Shown piece by piece: positions 13,401 to 27,500 of a DNA stretch of 64,000 bases. The notes beneath the pieces were generated by a model. That model was not told where the DNA came from, did not search any database, and saw nothing but the letters and a program-made list of their open reading frames with translations. How positions within the stretch are numbered: position 1 is the first letter of the stretch; each line of letters opens with the position of its first letter. The DNA lies in the NCBI GenBank assembly GCA_964057225.1, contig OZ059894.1, forward strand, positions 17,422,001-17,486,000, read 5' to 3'. The stretch comes from Auanema rhodensis (taxonomy: Eukaryota; Animalia; Nematoda). A program made the position numbers and the translations under genes.

Positions 13401-14514
13401 ATAGAAACTTTAGTTCACATAGTTTACACCTTATCTCAATTGCCATTTAATTCGAATTATCATTCCATCCAGGTAATGTGATGCAATGAACACTGCCTTA
13501 TCTACAATGTGATAGTTGTCTGGATTTAGCATTTTGTAGTTAGCTAGTGAGCTTGTGTCATATAGTTTCTTTTATTGTAAAAAATTTTGATAAGATGACC
13601 ACATGATTCTTCATTCTATTTCTGCCTATCTTTTATCTTTCTTGTCTGTCAACTGATATAATTTCTTTTAATTCTATTGAACTGATACTCCTTGTTGTAG
13701 ATGTTTTTTTTGTTGACGTCATTTATCTCTTAGTTAGCATGTTGCTGTACTTCCGTGAACTTCATATTCATTTGTTGATATATTAGTCATAGGAACGGTT
13801 GTTCACAGATCTGACATTTTATTTCTCCGCCTTCACTTTCTCTCTCTCTCTCTCTTTCTTTCTTTTTCTCTATTTCTCTATCATTCTCTCACTCTCTTTA
13901 TCAACATATTACTCTGTTTATCTTCCCGACTCTCTATTATTTCAATTCTAATTTCAGAGTTTCGTTATCTTCATATCTATTCTCATTCTTCTCTTCCTCC
14001 TCATTCTTTATTTTTTCTTTTATCTCATCTAGAATAATTACATTTTAACATTTTTCGTCACACAAAAGAAAAAAAATGTCTGCATTGCATTATTTTATGT
14101 TTATATAAACTATTCTTCTTAATATACACATAAAATTCATTCAAAATATAATTGCTAAATATTCTATATGATTACTTTTGAAAGATGATTGTAGTTTTTT
14201 GATCATTTTTCACTAGAATCTGAGACTCTAATTAGATTCATATCTCTTGTCTTTCCCACACTTAAATTTTAAAATTGAGTAAATTTACTAAAAGATTGAA
14301 ACATTTTTTTATTTCTCTTATAACTATTATTCATCCTGAAAACTAATATTCTCACGAAATTAATTCTTGTGAACATTCAAAATTCTCATAATGTTTTAAT
14401 TATGTTAACTTATGGAAATTATGACATACTATTGCTCTTTTTTTTCTGAAATCTTTCACAATATACTGTATGTATTCAACTGTTTGGTTTATCCATATTA
14501 TATTTAGAAAAGTA

Positions 14515-17500
14515 ATGGAATCACAGTCGTCGGATAATATTTCTAAAGAGACTAGGATCATGGAGACAACAGAAGAACCAGGAGCTAAGCGTATTAAGCT
14601 TTGCGAGCCAATTCCGGGTACTGCTGATATACTTCCTCTATCTCACCCAAATCAGGATAAATGTATTGCAGGTATAATTGAACTATTTATCAAAATAATG
14701 TCAAATAATCAGCTATAAACTCTACTTATTCTAGTTTTATGATAGTTTCATGAGAAAGTGTTGTCGTACTTTTGTAATTGTCATGTCCATGTTTGTTTTA
14801 CGTATGCTTCACATATGTTGACCTCTGTCTACTTTCCTGCAGATTGAAACCATGCTGAAACAACAATTCATGATCTTTCCTCTAAATTTCAATTTCATTT
14901 TGAATTATTAGCAGACTATTGAATAAAGCATTTCGATATCAATAATTGAAGGAAATTTCATCAAACACCCTCAGGCTTTTTTCAGGTCCAACTATTTCTA
15001 ATTCTGGTTCCTTAGTAAAAGATACACCTGCTACACCCACAGAAGAGAAATCAGTAGAAGAAGCATTTGAGAGTTATGGTTTAACACGTGAGCAAACAAA
15101 AGAATTAATAGTAAGTATTTCTTTAAATCGCTTTTTTTCATGAAGATAAAATATTTTATGTATTTTAATCATTAAAATGCTCAGCGATGATAAAACGGAA
15201 TTATTCATATTCATTCTCGAAAATGTTTCTTATCTTAAAAAAGATGATGGAGATCTTATCTTTTTTTTTAACTTTTTTGCAAATGTCTTTCAAACTGAAT
15301 AATATTTTAAAAAATCAATGACCTGTTTATCTGTCTAGAACTGGGTCTATGTTATCAAAATTATCATAAAGACACGTCAAATGATTATTCTAACAAACTT
15401 TCAATAAGAAAATTATTAGTTATAAACAATTTTAATGAGTTTTTTAATTAAAAATGAATGTTTTACAGATACAAATGAAAAAATCGGGCAATTATGATCT
15501 GAATGCATTCATAAAGAAGGTTCTGGATACACCCATTATAACAAGAGTTCCAATTCAAAAAGATAATGACTTAGCCAGTGATCAAGAAAGTCAAAAAGAT
15601 CAAGAAGTTATAATATTAGATGAAAAATCATCTGAAAAGAAAGCTTCAAGTAAGCGTAAAGTGTCTATAAACTTTGTAATATTCTTTTTTTTCTAAGATA
15701 TATCAACATCTGCTATTCGAACACAATTGATGGCACAAAAACAACCTCAACGTATGGATTGTTTGACACTATTTCAAATTTCTAATAACTTAAATTTCAG
15801 TCATACAATCTACAGACACCCAACAATTACAGCAGCCAGAAGAACAAAAGGTACGTAGTTAACGATTATTCCCTGAGGCATTAATTTGATTTAGGTTCCG
15901 GCATTAGCTGTAGTTCCACCCCTAGCTCAGATATCACTTAGAAACCAACATGAAGTAAAATTATCTCCACAGGTGAGAAGCTGTACCAATTCAATGATAA
16001 GACAAATTTCAATGCAACTGCTTAATTCATCATTGAAATTAAAATTTAGAAAAACATTTCAAATTCAAAAATGATTCATTGATACACTGTACTGTAATTT
16101 CTATTTATGAATTTCAGCAACATTCAATGAATAGGACGTTATTACCTCAGCATATGATTGCTTTATCTCCTCGACCTATGAAAGATTTACAATCGGAAGC
16201 ATTACGTTTAAGACAGCAAGAAGTTCAAATCGAGCACAATCAAACAGCTCGGCAATCTTCATCTACTGCGCCTCTTTCTTATCTTCAACCATATTTTGCT
16301 ATGAATCGAATGGCTAGACCATCCGGAGCCAATGAGCAACATTTTATGCAACATCTTAAGGTTGATAATCATATATTTAATTCTTACCTAGGAGCTGTTT
16401 TTCAGAACTCACAGACAATGAGGATGCAGCCTAACCAACAGCAAATTCAGAGAATATATCAATCAAATCCCCCTACTCAGCAATCTCCTACTAGCAGACC
16501 TGCACTGATTCCTGAGCTCTCTACATCTTCATTGCATGTACCGTCGCAGTCACAAACATCCGGTGTGCAAATGCAAGTCGTACCAACTATTTATACCTCG
16601 GCTAATTCGCATGTTGCTATAAATCCACAACTTCATGCTACTACTATGGCAAAATCGCCATCGGAAGTTCAAACGGCTCCATTACTTGCACAAGTGCAAC
16701 CTATTCCGCAAACTATCAAATCACATACGCTACCTCAGATTCAGCAGCAAGTTCTAGTGCAACCCAGACTTGCATATCAAGTTCCGGCAAACCACCATGA
16801 TATACTTCAAGCTCGTGCACAAGCTTTAGCTCAAATGCAGGCGCACAATCAAGCTCAAATGCAACAGATACAAGGACAACAAATTCCTATTCACCTACAA
16901 ATTCAACAAGCTCATCTTCGACTGCATCAAGCTCAAGTCCAAGCAAAAGCTCAAGCACAATCCCAAGCTCAAATCCAATCTCCAGTTCAAACGCAAGCAC
17001 AAGCTTTGGCTCAACTAGAGAATCATCAGGCTCAAATTCAAGCTCAAATGCAAGCACAAGCAAGAGCTCAGGTTGCTCACTCTCAAGCTCATGCTCAAGC
17101 CAGAGTTCAGGCCGTTCAGTCTCAAGCTCAAGCCCAAGCTCAAGCCCAAGCTCAAGCCCAAGCTCACGCCCAAGCTCACGCCCAAGCCCAAGCCCAAGCT
17201 CACGCCCAAGCCCAAGCTCAAGCCCAAGTCCAAGCTCAAGTGCATGCCCAAGCTCAAGCCCAAGCTCAAGCCCAAGCTCAAGCCCAAGCTCAAGCCCAAG
17301 CTCAAGCCCAAGCTCAAGCCCAAGCTCACGCCCAAGCTCAAGCTCAAGTTCAAGCCCAAGCTCAAGCTCAAGCCCATGCCCATGCCCAAGCTCATGCTCA
17401 AGCGCAAGCCCAAGCCCAAGCCCAAGCTCAGGCTCAAGCCCAAGCCCAAGCCCAAGCCCAAGCCCAAGCCCAAGCCCAAGCCCAAGCCCAAGCTCAAGCT

Positions 17501-19161
17501 CAAGCTCAAGCTCAAGCCCAAGCCCAAGCCCAGGTCCAAGCCCAAGCTCAGGTTCAAGCTCAAGCTCAAGCCCAAGTTCATTTCAATGCACGTGCAGCTC
17601 AAGCTCTGGCACATATTGAAAACCAAGCTCAAGTACAAGCCCAGATGCAAGCACAGAGAGCTCAAACCCAAGTCCAACTGGAAAATCAGGCTCGGCTTCA
17701 AGCTCAAATACAAGCACAGGCTAAAGTTCAAGCTCGTACCCAAATTGAATCTCAAGCTCAGAGCAAATTAAAAACAGGAGCGATGTTGCCTGTAAATAGT
17801 GAGAAAGGAACCACAAGTCCTACAGGATCAATTGAAAGGCTTCAAAAATCTACTGTACAAGCCCTATCACCACAATCACATGCACAAATGCTTGCTCAAG
17901 CCCAAGCCCAAACCCTTGCACAAGTAAAAGCACATGCTACATTCCAAGCACAGGTTGGTTAAAGATTAATGATTTTATAGTGAACATTTTTGTTTTTAAG
18001 ATGATAGCCAATCAACAGAGAATTAAAGAAAGGAATTTACTCCAACAACAACAACAACAACAACAACAGCAACAAACAGTTAAATCATTGCCTACAACAT
18101 CATCTTCGTCTGTTTCGAATATTGTAATTCAACCAACAACATCAATGATAGAATCACCAAAAGATATAGATAATTCGATAATAACCCGATATACTTGTTT
18201 GGATCCTGATTACTATATACTTCTTGAAGAAATGAGAGTAAGTTATTTATATTATTATGGATATTTACAAATATATATATTTAGCTAAGACAATTACAAC
18301 AAGCTGTACAAGATGGTAGCAAACAGATTAATCCCACGGTAGCTAATTATTTTTTTCTTTTTAAAAACAAAATATTATTTTAGATGACAGTGTTACCATC
18401 TAATTATAATAATTCAGCTGTAAAGCAACCTGTTACAGTAGGAACAACGGTAAGGATGGAAGGAAATAAGTAAACATCATTTACATATTTATTGATACCA
18501 TTCTTAATGGTTTCAATATGCCATTCATTGCTTTTTCCTATATTATTTACCTTTGTTTACTGCTTATACATGTTACTTATCCTTCAGCCTGATGTAACGG
18601 AAGCTCTTAGTCTCCCAAAATACTCTGCTCCTATTGTTGGTCAATCCGATCAAAGCATTTCTCGAAGCCTTTTACCTGGTCATCCATATGTTTTTCAAAT
18701 GAAAGCATCGGACTGTGATACTCAACTCTTACCTGGGTTTGCTCGCTTGGTATGTTACAACTCAACCCAATACTCATATCAGTATTCACAGTCTAATTGT
18801 CTACAATATGTTGTAGAAATTATGAAAAAATGATATTAACAGTAACAAAAACGAATTGTATGTCCGTTGTTTTAGATCTAAACCGCCTCATCTATCCTAC
18901 TACTCTTTACCCAAATATGGAGTTTCATGATCGAACAGAATTTGTTAGTTCTTAATATACAATTAGAATCATTTTGTAATTTTTTCAATTTAGAGCGTCT
19001 CTAAGTCATTTGAGCCCCAACAATCTTCTGAAGCTTTACTTTCGCCAATAAATGGAGTAACGGCTATAGAAACTGAAGCAAGACCTTATAACCAGTGGTC
19101 TGTAGTGACTATTTCTCTTCCTACAACATTACACGTCAAATGTAATTGTTTTCCGAAATAA
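14515..19161 (+). CDS. Uncharacterised Gln/Ala-rich (prion-like, low-complexity) probable nuclear protein, about 14 exons
   Basis: Phase-compatible GT-AG exons include 14515-14671, 14986-15110, ~15469-15660, 16118-16360, 16406-17953, 18001-18237 and a last exon ending ...VKCNCFPK* at 19161. The core is the 627-aa ORF 16079-17962. Motifs: NLS-like [11 protein letters not shown]-like EVIILDE, long QA tract and Q11. Some small internal exons are approximate. Confidence 0.8.
17123..17578 (+). repeat. Coding hexanucleotide repeat (CAAGCY)n encoding ~150 aa of (Gln-Ala)n with His/Val interruptions
   Basis: Directly visible blocks of (CAAGCTCAAGCC)n, (CAAGCC)n and (CAAGCT)n. Confidence 0.97.
18043..18075 (+). 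repeat. Coding (CAA)n polyglutamine, Q11
   Basis: [14 protein letters not shown] in exon 18001-18237. Confidence 0.9.
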
Positions 19162-19764
19162 CGTTAAAGAAGAATTTTTTTAACAAAAAATATTCCAAAA
19201 TATAAATTAAAATTAGCAGAGAATTTTTTTTTTTCAAACAAAAATTGTTGTTCGGTAGCCTAAAATATTAATATTTTGTTATTTGTATTGTTTTTTATTA
19301 TATTCATTCCATGTTTCTGCTTAAATCTCCCTTTTTCTTTCATTACATTTAAACAAAAAATTTTTATTGAAATAATTGATCTCATTTGGTCCGAATATTG
19401 TTTTATTTTTTTTTATTTTTAGTATCCCCCAATTATTCATAATATTATATCAATATATTTCATTAATCTTTTATTTTATAACCATTACAAGAGGTTTAAG
19501 TAAATTTTATTTCTTTTTTTTTAATAATTTTTTTTGAAAATAATATATAGATAGATAGATATATGGATATAAGATATAGTGCATATATAAACGTTTTGAG
19601 AGGGACGAGATATGTAGCTCGGACTGAACTTTTGCAACTAACCTGCACTACTAAAGCGAAAGAGGGTGGGAAAAAGATAAAGAGAGATATAGAGATAGAT
19701 GGATTAAAAGAAAAAGAGCAAGAGAAAGAAATAGAGAGCAAGAGAGAGAGAAAGAAATAGAGAG

Positions 19765-19916
<152 letters not shown>

Positions 19917-22900
19917 TTTGCTCTATGTTCATTGAGAAGAGCACACACACTGCACAATCTCTTAGCCACACTCAAGCATGCAAGTTCTTCACGTGAGAAG
20001 CACATGAGGATGTGCAGACTGATTCAAATAAAGTTTTTTCTTTTCATATTTCCTCATCATAAATCGTTAAATGCGGAAAATATTGAAATAATAAACTCTT
20101 CAATGTATTTTAACTATTCTATTTAAAAGAAGAAAAAGTCCATATGTTTGAAGTAAATGGCTTATATGCTGAACTTTCATATATGCATATATGGAAATAT
20201 GCTTCCATGTGACCATTTTATTGACATCTAATCCGTTTGACATCGGAAGCTTTCAAATTAATTATTACAAGATTATATTCTATATTGACATAATTTTCTG
20301 GTATTTTATGGTTTTTAGTTGATTTCTGATTAACCATCTATTCCATTTTTTTCTCTCACTTTTTCTTCTATATATACATAGACATATTCTTAACTCCCTT
20401 CATTTTTCTTTGAAAATTAGGAAAACTGAAGCATAGACATAGTATTCTTTTGTGTTTCAGGTACACTTGACTCACATTTTCTTTGTCAAAATAGCCTTTT
20501 TGCTTTTAATTAAACGAAGAAAGCTATGTTTAAGTTGCATGCCAATATTACTTGTTCCCTATTTGCCCTTTTTTGTTGCAATAAGTCTCATCCTAACACA
20601 AAATTCTTCTTTTTTTTTTGATTTTAAAGCATCCGATGACTCAATTTCATGTTTCATTTTTCATACAACATCTCGCTTTTAAAAAGTTCAAATTCCCATA
20701 AAAAAAAGGAAATTGAATAGATTTAAGAAGAATTTTAAAAATTACAATGATAGAATGAGCGTGTTTAAAGTATTTAAATTTTATCTAAAATATTTGACTA
20801 TTCATCATAACTCCTTCATTAAACAATAAAAATATAATTTCTTATCAGATTTCTTCTAAATATAGATAAGAATATCCTTTTTCACGAAAAAATCTAATAG
20901 ATTAAAGATCATTGGTGCTCTGCTAATTGAAATAAACAAGAAATTGATCATTAAACTCAGGAATTAGGTTCATATACTTAAAGCTGAAAAGATGAAATGT
21001 CCATACTTAGTACTTAAATGTCCCAGTTAAGCTATTCCAAGTTATACAAAGTTTTATTATTTTTTAATTTTCTGTGTCTTTATCTTTCTTCAAAGTTTCA
21101 AGTTTCATTTTGAATGAGCAGAGAGAAACGATGAGCATTTTCTAAAATTTCAATCTTCACGCATTTCCACATAATTTCATATATTCCTATATTGTTATCT
21201 TTTCCAAGAAAAATTTATAAAAATCTCAACAGATTATTCAAAAACGGAAAAAATCTCAGAAACTCAGAAATTGTGAAGTAAAAGTTATTATTTTCCATGG
21301 AATTGAGGATGATAAAAAGAAATTTTTTGCTTGAGGCTAATCGTCTCTCTCTTTTTACTTTGCCCAAGTATTACTTCTCCTCCCCTTCTTTCTCCTTTTC
21401 ATTTTCTCTTTTTGTCTTAAATGTCTCTCCCTCTCCCAGCATTATTTTCTCTTTAAAGTTGCCTTGATCTCAGTTTTTCTTCAAATATCCAGCTTCTCTC
21501 GTTGTATTCATTCTCCAGCTTTTCTCTCCCCCCCTCTCTCTCTTTCTCTTTTTCTTCTTCCTCTCTCTTCATGTAGCCCCAATTCTTCACCATCATCGTC
21601 ATATCATTTTAAAGTTTCAACTAAAACTCAAAAAGTAGTCCTTCGTTGTCTTCTTGTTGGTCTTTGGGGGCTCATACTCATTCTGTCTCCATCTTTTAGA
21701 TTTTTTTGTTTTACTTTTCACAAAGTTATTACTCAATTTATCGAGATATGTATATTTCTTTTGAAAAACGATATAGATGATGAAGACGATGACGAAACAT
21801 TCATAGGAAAGAGCCACATCCGTTATCCCCAGAACACGAATGTGCAAATGTAGTATGACGTCGTCGTCATCTTCGGCTACATCTTCATCGTCCTTGTCGC
21901 CGTTGTCTTCATAGCCATGGAAGCGTCATAGCCTCCGGATTGCATTAGGAGCTGCCGGGATAAAACTCTAATTCTATCAAAGACCGTCTGCTTCCAACTA
22001 GATGCTCCTGAAGCTCCAAAAATAGAAATAACATGTTCACCAGATTCTGGACAACAACCTCAGGCTGCGTTTTCAGTCGATTCATTTAATGTCGCTATGC
22101 ATACCGTTGTTTTTTTCTTTTATTCCTTAGATTTTCTTTTTGAGTACGATTTATCACCACCCGGAATACGTATAGAGTTTCTGAGGAGGAATTAAGAGGT
22201 TGTATGCTTGAAAGGAAACTAAAAGGAAGGAGCTGGAAAGGAGATGAGGAAGTGAGAAAGCAATGAATTGATATTTTTAATTACGACTTAGTTAATAGTC
22301 ATTGGAAAGATTTAGTCAACAAATCAACCCAAACAGAATCGAACATGTTCAAGCTTGATCAGGTGCTTGTTCGAGCTTTAGCTTACAATCAAACGACTTC
22401 AGTTTCCATTTTTACCAAGTCAATAACAAACAAATCTATGATTTATCTTTAACTCATGGAGAGATTCTATTGAAAAATTCTAAAATCTTCTATAAAGTAC
22501 CTAAATATTTCCAAGTAGTGTATCCATGTTGAATTGAGATTTTTGGTTTTAGCAAACGAGTTGAAAGCAAATTAATTATGTTTGAAGTCAAAGGATCTGA
22601 AAAGATAATAACCTGAATCGGGAGTACAAACACAATATAATTACTTGAATATCCAAAAGCTTTCCTCTTGTGCTTCCGAACTCTTCGATGTCATCGTCTC
22701 AGTAGCGGAACGATTACGAATGTCCTTTATATAATAGGATCATTTCTTCATTACCCTTTCTGTCCTTAGCATCTTTTTTTTAAAATTTTCTAGTAATGAA
22801 TTAGCTTGAGAAATTGAAAAAAAACACTAGGAAACCATTTATATAATGGAAAAAAAATGTATGAAGAAAAAGAAAAAAGAAAAAGAAAAAAAGAAATGAT

Positions 22901-23805
22901 GAGAAAACTAATAGAACATTTCAAAAATTTAAAGAGAGAGAGAGATAGAGAGACAGAGAGAGAAAGAGAGAAAACAATATTAGAAAGAAATATCGTTTTG
23001 TCATTAGAAAGACATTTGTATGTAAGGGTTTACAAGGCTTTTGAAACATACAAATGTATTTGTTTAAGAGATATTATTGTCATTTTCTTCTTTACTTTGA
23101 CCGTATTTAGCTGAAATATCAAAAAAGAAATCCATCACCTTTGGCTGTAATTACATCGATTTTTTATTTTTTTTTGTTTCAAAATATTTTTATTTTAATA
23201 TTTTAAACTTATTTCATTTATTCTTAAAACTTAATAATATGAAAAATATACATTTATGTCTTTATATACTAGATGTAAGGGTTTTAACACCGTTTGCTAT
23301 TGGTTCTTTAAGATTTTTTTCATTTTTCCCGGGAACATCCGGAGAAAGGCAACTTTAGTTGAAGATCAATCATGCCTAATCCATTTCTGTCTAAATTTAC
23401 TATGTGCTTTCAAGCACATAAGAACAAGGAAGTTTGATAAACATTTCGGATATCTTATGTCGTTATGTTTTTTTTTTTTGGAGGAAGAAAATTCGAGCTT
23501 CCCGTATGCGCCCTCTATCAGCTATACATTTAACAAGAAATTTATTTTCTTGATCTTCTATATATCAATTTTTTAATTTTAGTTTTCTTTTTGGCTTTAT
23601 TGCACTAAGAATATGTTTCAAAAACGTTTGCTCGAAAGGAATCGGGAGTCCATAAAATCTATTTTCATGCTCAACACATTCCATGATTGACAAGCTTCAT
23701 AGTTCGTTTTTCTTTTAGTCCAACAAGACGTTCACAAACGTTTTCCTCCCTATCTTAACTCTGTCTGTATGTTGTTTCTCTCTGTCTATTTCTCTCTCTC
23801 TATCA

Positions 23806-23816
<11 letters not shown>

Positions 23817-23866
<50 letters not shown>
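23817..23866. repeat. (CT)n microsatellite
   Basis: Directly visible. Confidence 0.95.
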
Positions 23867-23869
<3 letters not shown>

Positions 23870-24542
23870 GTCATTCTTTGGCATTCTCTTTTCTAGTTCT
23901 TCATCTAATTCTTGCAGTTCTATTTCCTATGATGGTTAGTCTTTCACCTCAGTCTTAAACTATTCTTCGCCTTTTTGTCTTCGATGGTTCACATGATGTT
24001 ATTCTGATCTTTCTTCGGTTAATCCATCTTGTTGTTCTTGGTACTGAGCTCAGATCATCATCGGTCATTCCCTGTGTTTGTCTCTTCTCACTTCTATGTG
24101 TGGGCTGTGGCTACGACTTTCAACTGAATTCAAACCCAATAGCTTGAATTTTCATGATCTCATTTGCTTATTCATTTACTGAATCCACTCAATTCTGATC
24201 TTCCATATCTTCAGATTACATTGTGTCTTTTGAATTACCAATTCACTTAATAGAACAATAAACTAATTTTGAATATTCTGATTTTACAGAAGAACGGCAT
24301 CCAGCAGTCTAATCTCCGTCAGTTTAATTTGTATTCGTTCTCTTCTATCTGCACCTTCGTTGTCATCTTCTTCATCAACATCGTCGTCTCTATTCCAGCA
24401 GTCGTCGCCTCTTCTTCGCCCTCTTCAGCTTCATCTTCATCGTCACCATCTTTGTCATTCTCATCATCGTATTTTCTCATAGTTACTCAGATTCTTTCAT
24501 TAAACGACGTGTTCATTTCCTTCATAGCCTATTATTCCAACT

Positions 24543-27500
24543 ATGGGCAACTCACAATCTGCTAGCCATCAACAGAAAAAGGAGAAGGTAAAAGCAAGTT
24601 AAGTTGCAAAAAACTTACATTTATGTGATCAATTGCTTGAAGTATTTCTACTAAAGTATCAGAATTTAATACCTTTTTCCCTTTTAATCATTTAATTATT
24701 TTATATTTTATATAATTTTAATAGCTAACTAATTTTTATGTATGCTTAGCATGAGTCATCAAAAGTTCAAAATACAAATTATAGTTTTAGACTTTCAAAT
24801 AAAGAAAATTAATTTAATGAAAATAGAGAAAAACAAATTTATCATCAGAATGTATTTATTGAATATAATTTTTCTTCTAATATTTTTAGGTGGAAAAGCT
24901 ATTTCGTCAGAATAATCGGTCCAACCGTAGCCGTAGTTTAGATGTAAGACAAGATCGACCTGTTCGACCTGTGGGAGCCAGTCATAGTGCTCGATACAGT
25001 AAAAGCCGATGTGTTAAATCAATGGATGACGGAGGTATTTTCTATTCTTTATTCCATCTCATAAACTCTTTTCCTGTTGTTTTGCCTTCAAAAATTTTAT
25101 TTGTTTATCATGTATTCACTAGAATAGTCTCTACTCATCAAATTATTCCATTTTCTACTTTATTCTTAAGTTACATTACTTTTCACCAATTTGTTTGAGA
25201 TATGTTAGTATATACACCCAAGAACAAATTACTATTTTCAGAAATTGTTAAGAACAAAATCAAATTTTAATTTCTTCTTTTCATTTAATTAATCCAAACT
25301 TTGATTTTAATCAATCAATTCATTACAATAGTTTCATATTTTTTTAGCTTTGATTTAATACTTTCTATGAAAAGTTGAAGAAATATGTTTTTACGTTTAA
25401 CATGGCTTAGTCATGTCATAATTCTTCTACACCTACTCTCATGATTTATTTTAAGAATTTAAAGTCTAAACAAAAGATTTTTTAAAAAGACAAAATAATA
25501 TTTATAAATATATATAAAAACTTAAAAAAGAAAAGAAAAAGAAAAACAATATTTATTATGATATCTATAAATTTTTTTCCATTTCTAAGACAGTTTTATA
25601 GCTTTAATGTTGCTGAAAATGAGCAGTTAAATTTTGAATTATTAGAAGAATCATCTGTATTGCTATGATACTCATGGGAAAAAAAGAGAAAGTCGTATGA
25701 AAAGTTAAAAGAGAAATAGTAAAAGTTTACATAAAAAAACAAAGAAAAAGAGGTAAAAATAGAAGAAAAAGATACTTAAAACGTTCTTATAATCTAGTCT
25801 GTTACTAGATTCATTTATGAAATATTTAAGTGATTTTGCAATCGGTCTACATGAAATCTTTTTTTTCTATTCGCTTAATTTTACACCATCTGACATATTA
25901 GTTGCTCATTCTACGAATAGTAATGAACCAAAAATTAAAAAAGAAAAAAAAGAGAACGAAATATGAAGAGAGTATCAGAGAATGATGATCGAAAATAGGA
26001 AAAATCACTTTGCTCTCAAGACAGAATAGATAAATGAGAGGTTTTAGAGAAAGATAGATTTTTGAGAAAGAGAGAAAGAGAGGTTAAGAACAAAGAAAGA
26101 TATGGAGAGCAAAATAAGAAGAGAAATGAGCTTAAGATGGAATCTCATGTTACTAAATTTGGAATGAGGATGATGCAGCTAAGAGTTGTTCTCAGTATTG
26201 CCTGTTGGGAAAGGAATTGAAGGGAGTGAAACGGTTCCACACCGATGACCAACAAATTTGAGATGAATAAAAGCTAGAACAATCGTCTTATATATTCCTG
26301 CTCTTCGATAAGAATTTTGAAAACTTACATTTGAATTAAGCTTTTCTGCGAAAGAATTGCAAAGATTTTTTTGATAATTTTTTATATAAATTTACAACAA
26401 ATAATATTTCGAGAAGTTTACCATATCATCCTATGAATTATTATAATTAATAATTAGATGACGTCATCTAACAATTAACTTTAGCAGGATGAGACAGGTT
26501 GAGATGTATAGTATACATGTATAGATACAAATAACCATGTACGAATATCGCAGATTGTTTACTTAATACATATTTGAATAGAAAAATACTAAAGAATTTA
26601 TAATCTAAATAAGAATAATTATGAAAAAAAAACCAAATAACTTGTTATAATTTTATAAAATATTCATATAAATAAGATTAAAGATCATTATATTATATTT
26701 ATCAATTTGAATATTTTCATGTTACTTATAATTTTTGTTTCAGCAAATGGATCTATTTCTGGATTAAGTATGGAAGAAAAACGAATGCTAGAAGTATTTT
26801 CTTTATATTTTTTTATTTTTTGAAATAATTATTTTACAGTTTTGTTGGTTTAAATGCTCACAGAGACAAGTTAAAAAATGTGCAGAAGATATATTTTTGG
26901 ATATTTTACATACAGACGAAGAATTACTTACCTTATTTAAATTAGTTTTGTTAATTTATAATTAATATATTTAAGCTTTTCGTATTTCTAGGAAGGCACT
27001 CCAGCTAACAGATTAAAAGAAAATGAGTTTTTCAAATCACATACTGCTAATTTTGCTATTGTTTTAAATCTAGTTGTTACAAATCTTCAAGATAATTTTG
27101 AACAAGCTTGTGAAGCACTTCAAGTAAGTTCTTTTGTATTTTCTTTTTATCTTTTTGTTTTTTTCCTTTAATTTATACTATTAATTTATATTTTTATATA
27201 ATTATTAAGATAATTGAATTTATAGACACTTGGTTCTCAACATATTAATCTACGTTCTCGTGGTTTTCAATCCATGTATTGGGATATATTCACAGATTGT
27301 TTTGAACGTAATCATCCACCATCTTTTCGAAAAGAAGAAGAACGAGAAGTGAGTAATGTTATATGAAATTCTTTTCTTTTCATTTCCTAAAAATAAATTA
27401 ATTTGAATCTAATAAGGACAAAATAAAGATTTTCACTTTACAGGCATGGAGTCGAATGATCTTATTCATTCTATCGCAGATGAAAATTGGATATCAGAGA

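Noticed and set aside
17123-17578. Repeat as telomeric or CRISPR-like array
   Set aside because: The unit is CAAGCY, not TTAGGC/GCCTAA; there are no spacers; variation is synonymous in the QA frame
21464-22175. One + frame giving acidic, TM-like and exon-like segments separated by TAG codons at 21851 and 21929 (readthrough or alternative globin first exon)
   Set aside because: The TM-like peptide comes from TCN/GTC low-complexity sequence; no good GT donor or usable ATG; TAG is a normal stop elsewhere in the window (e.g. 4581)
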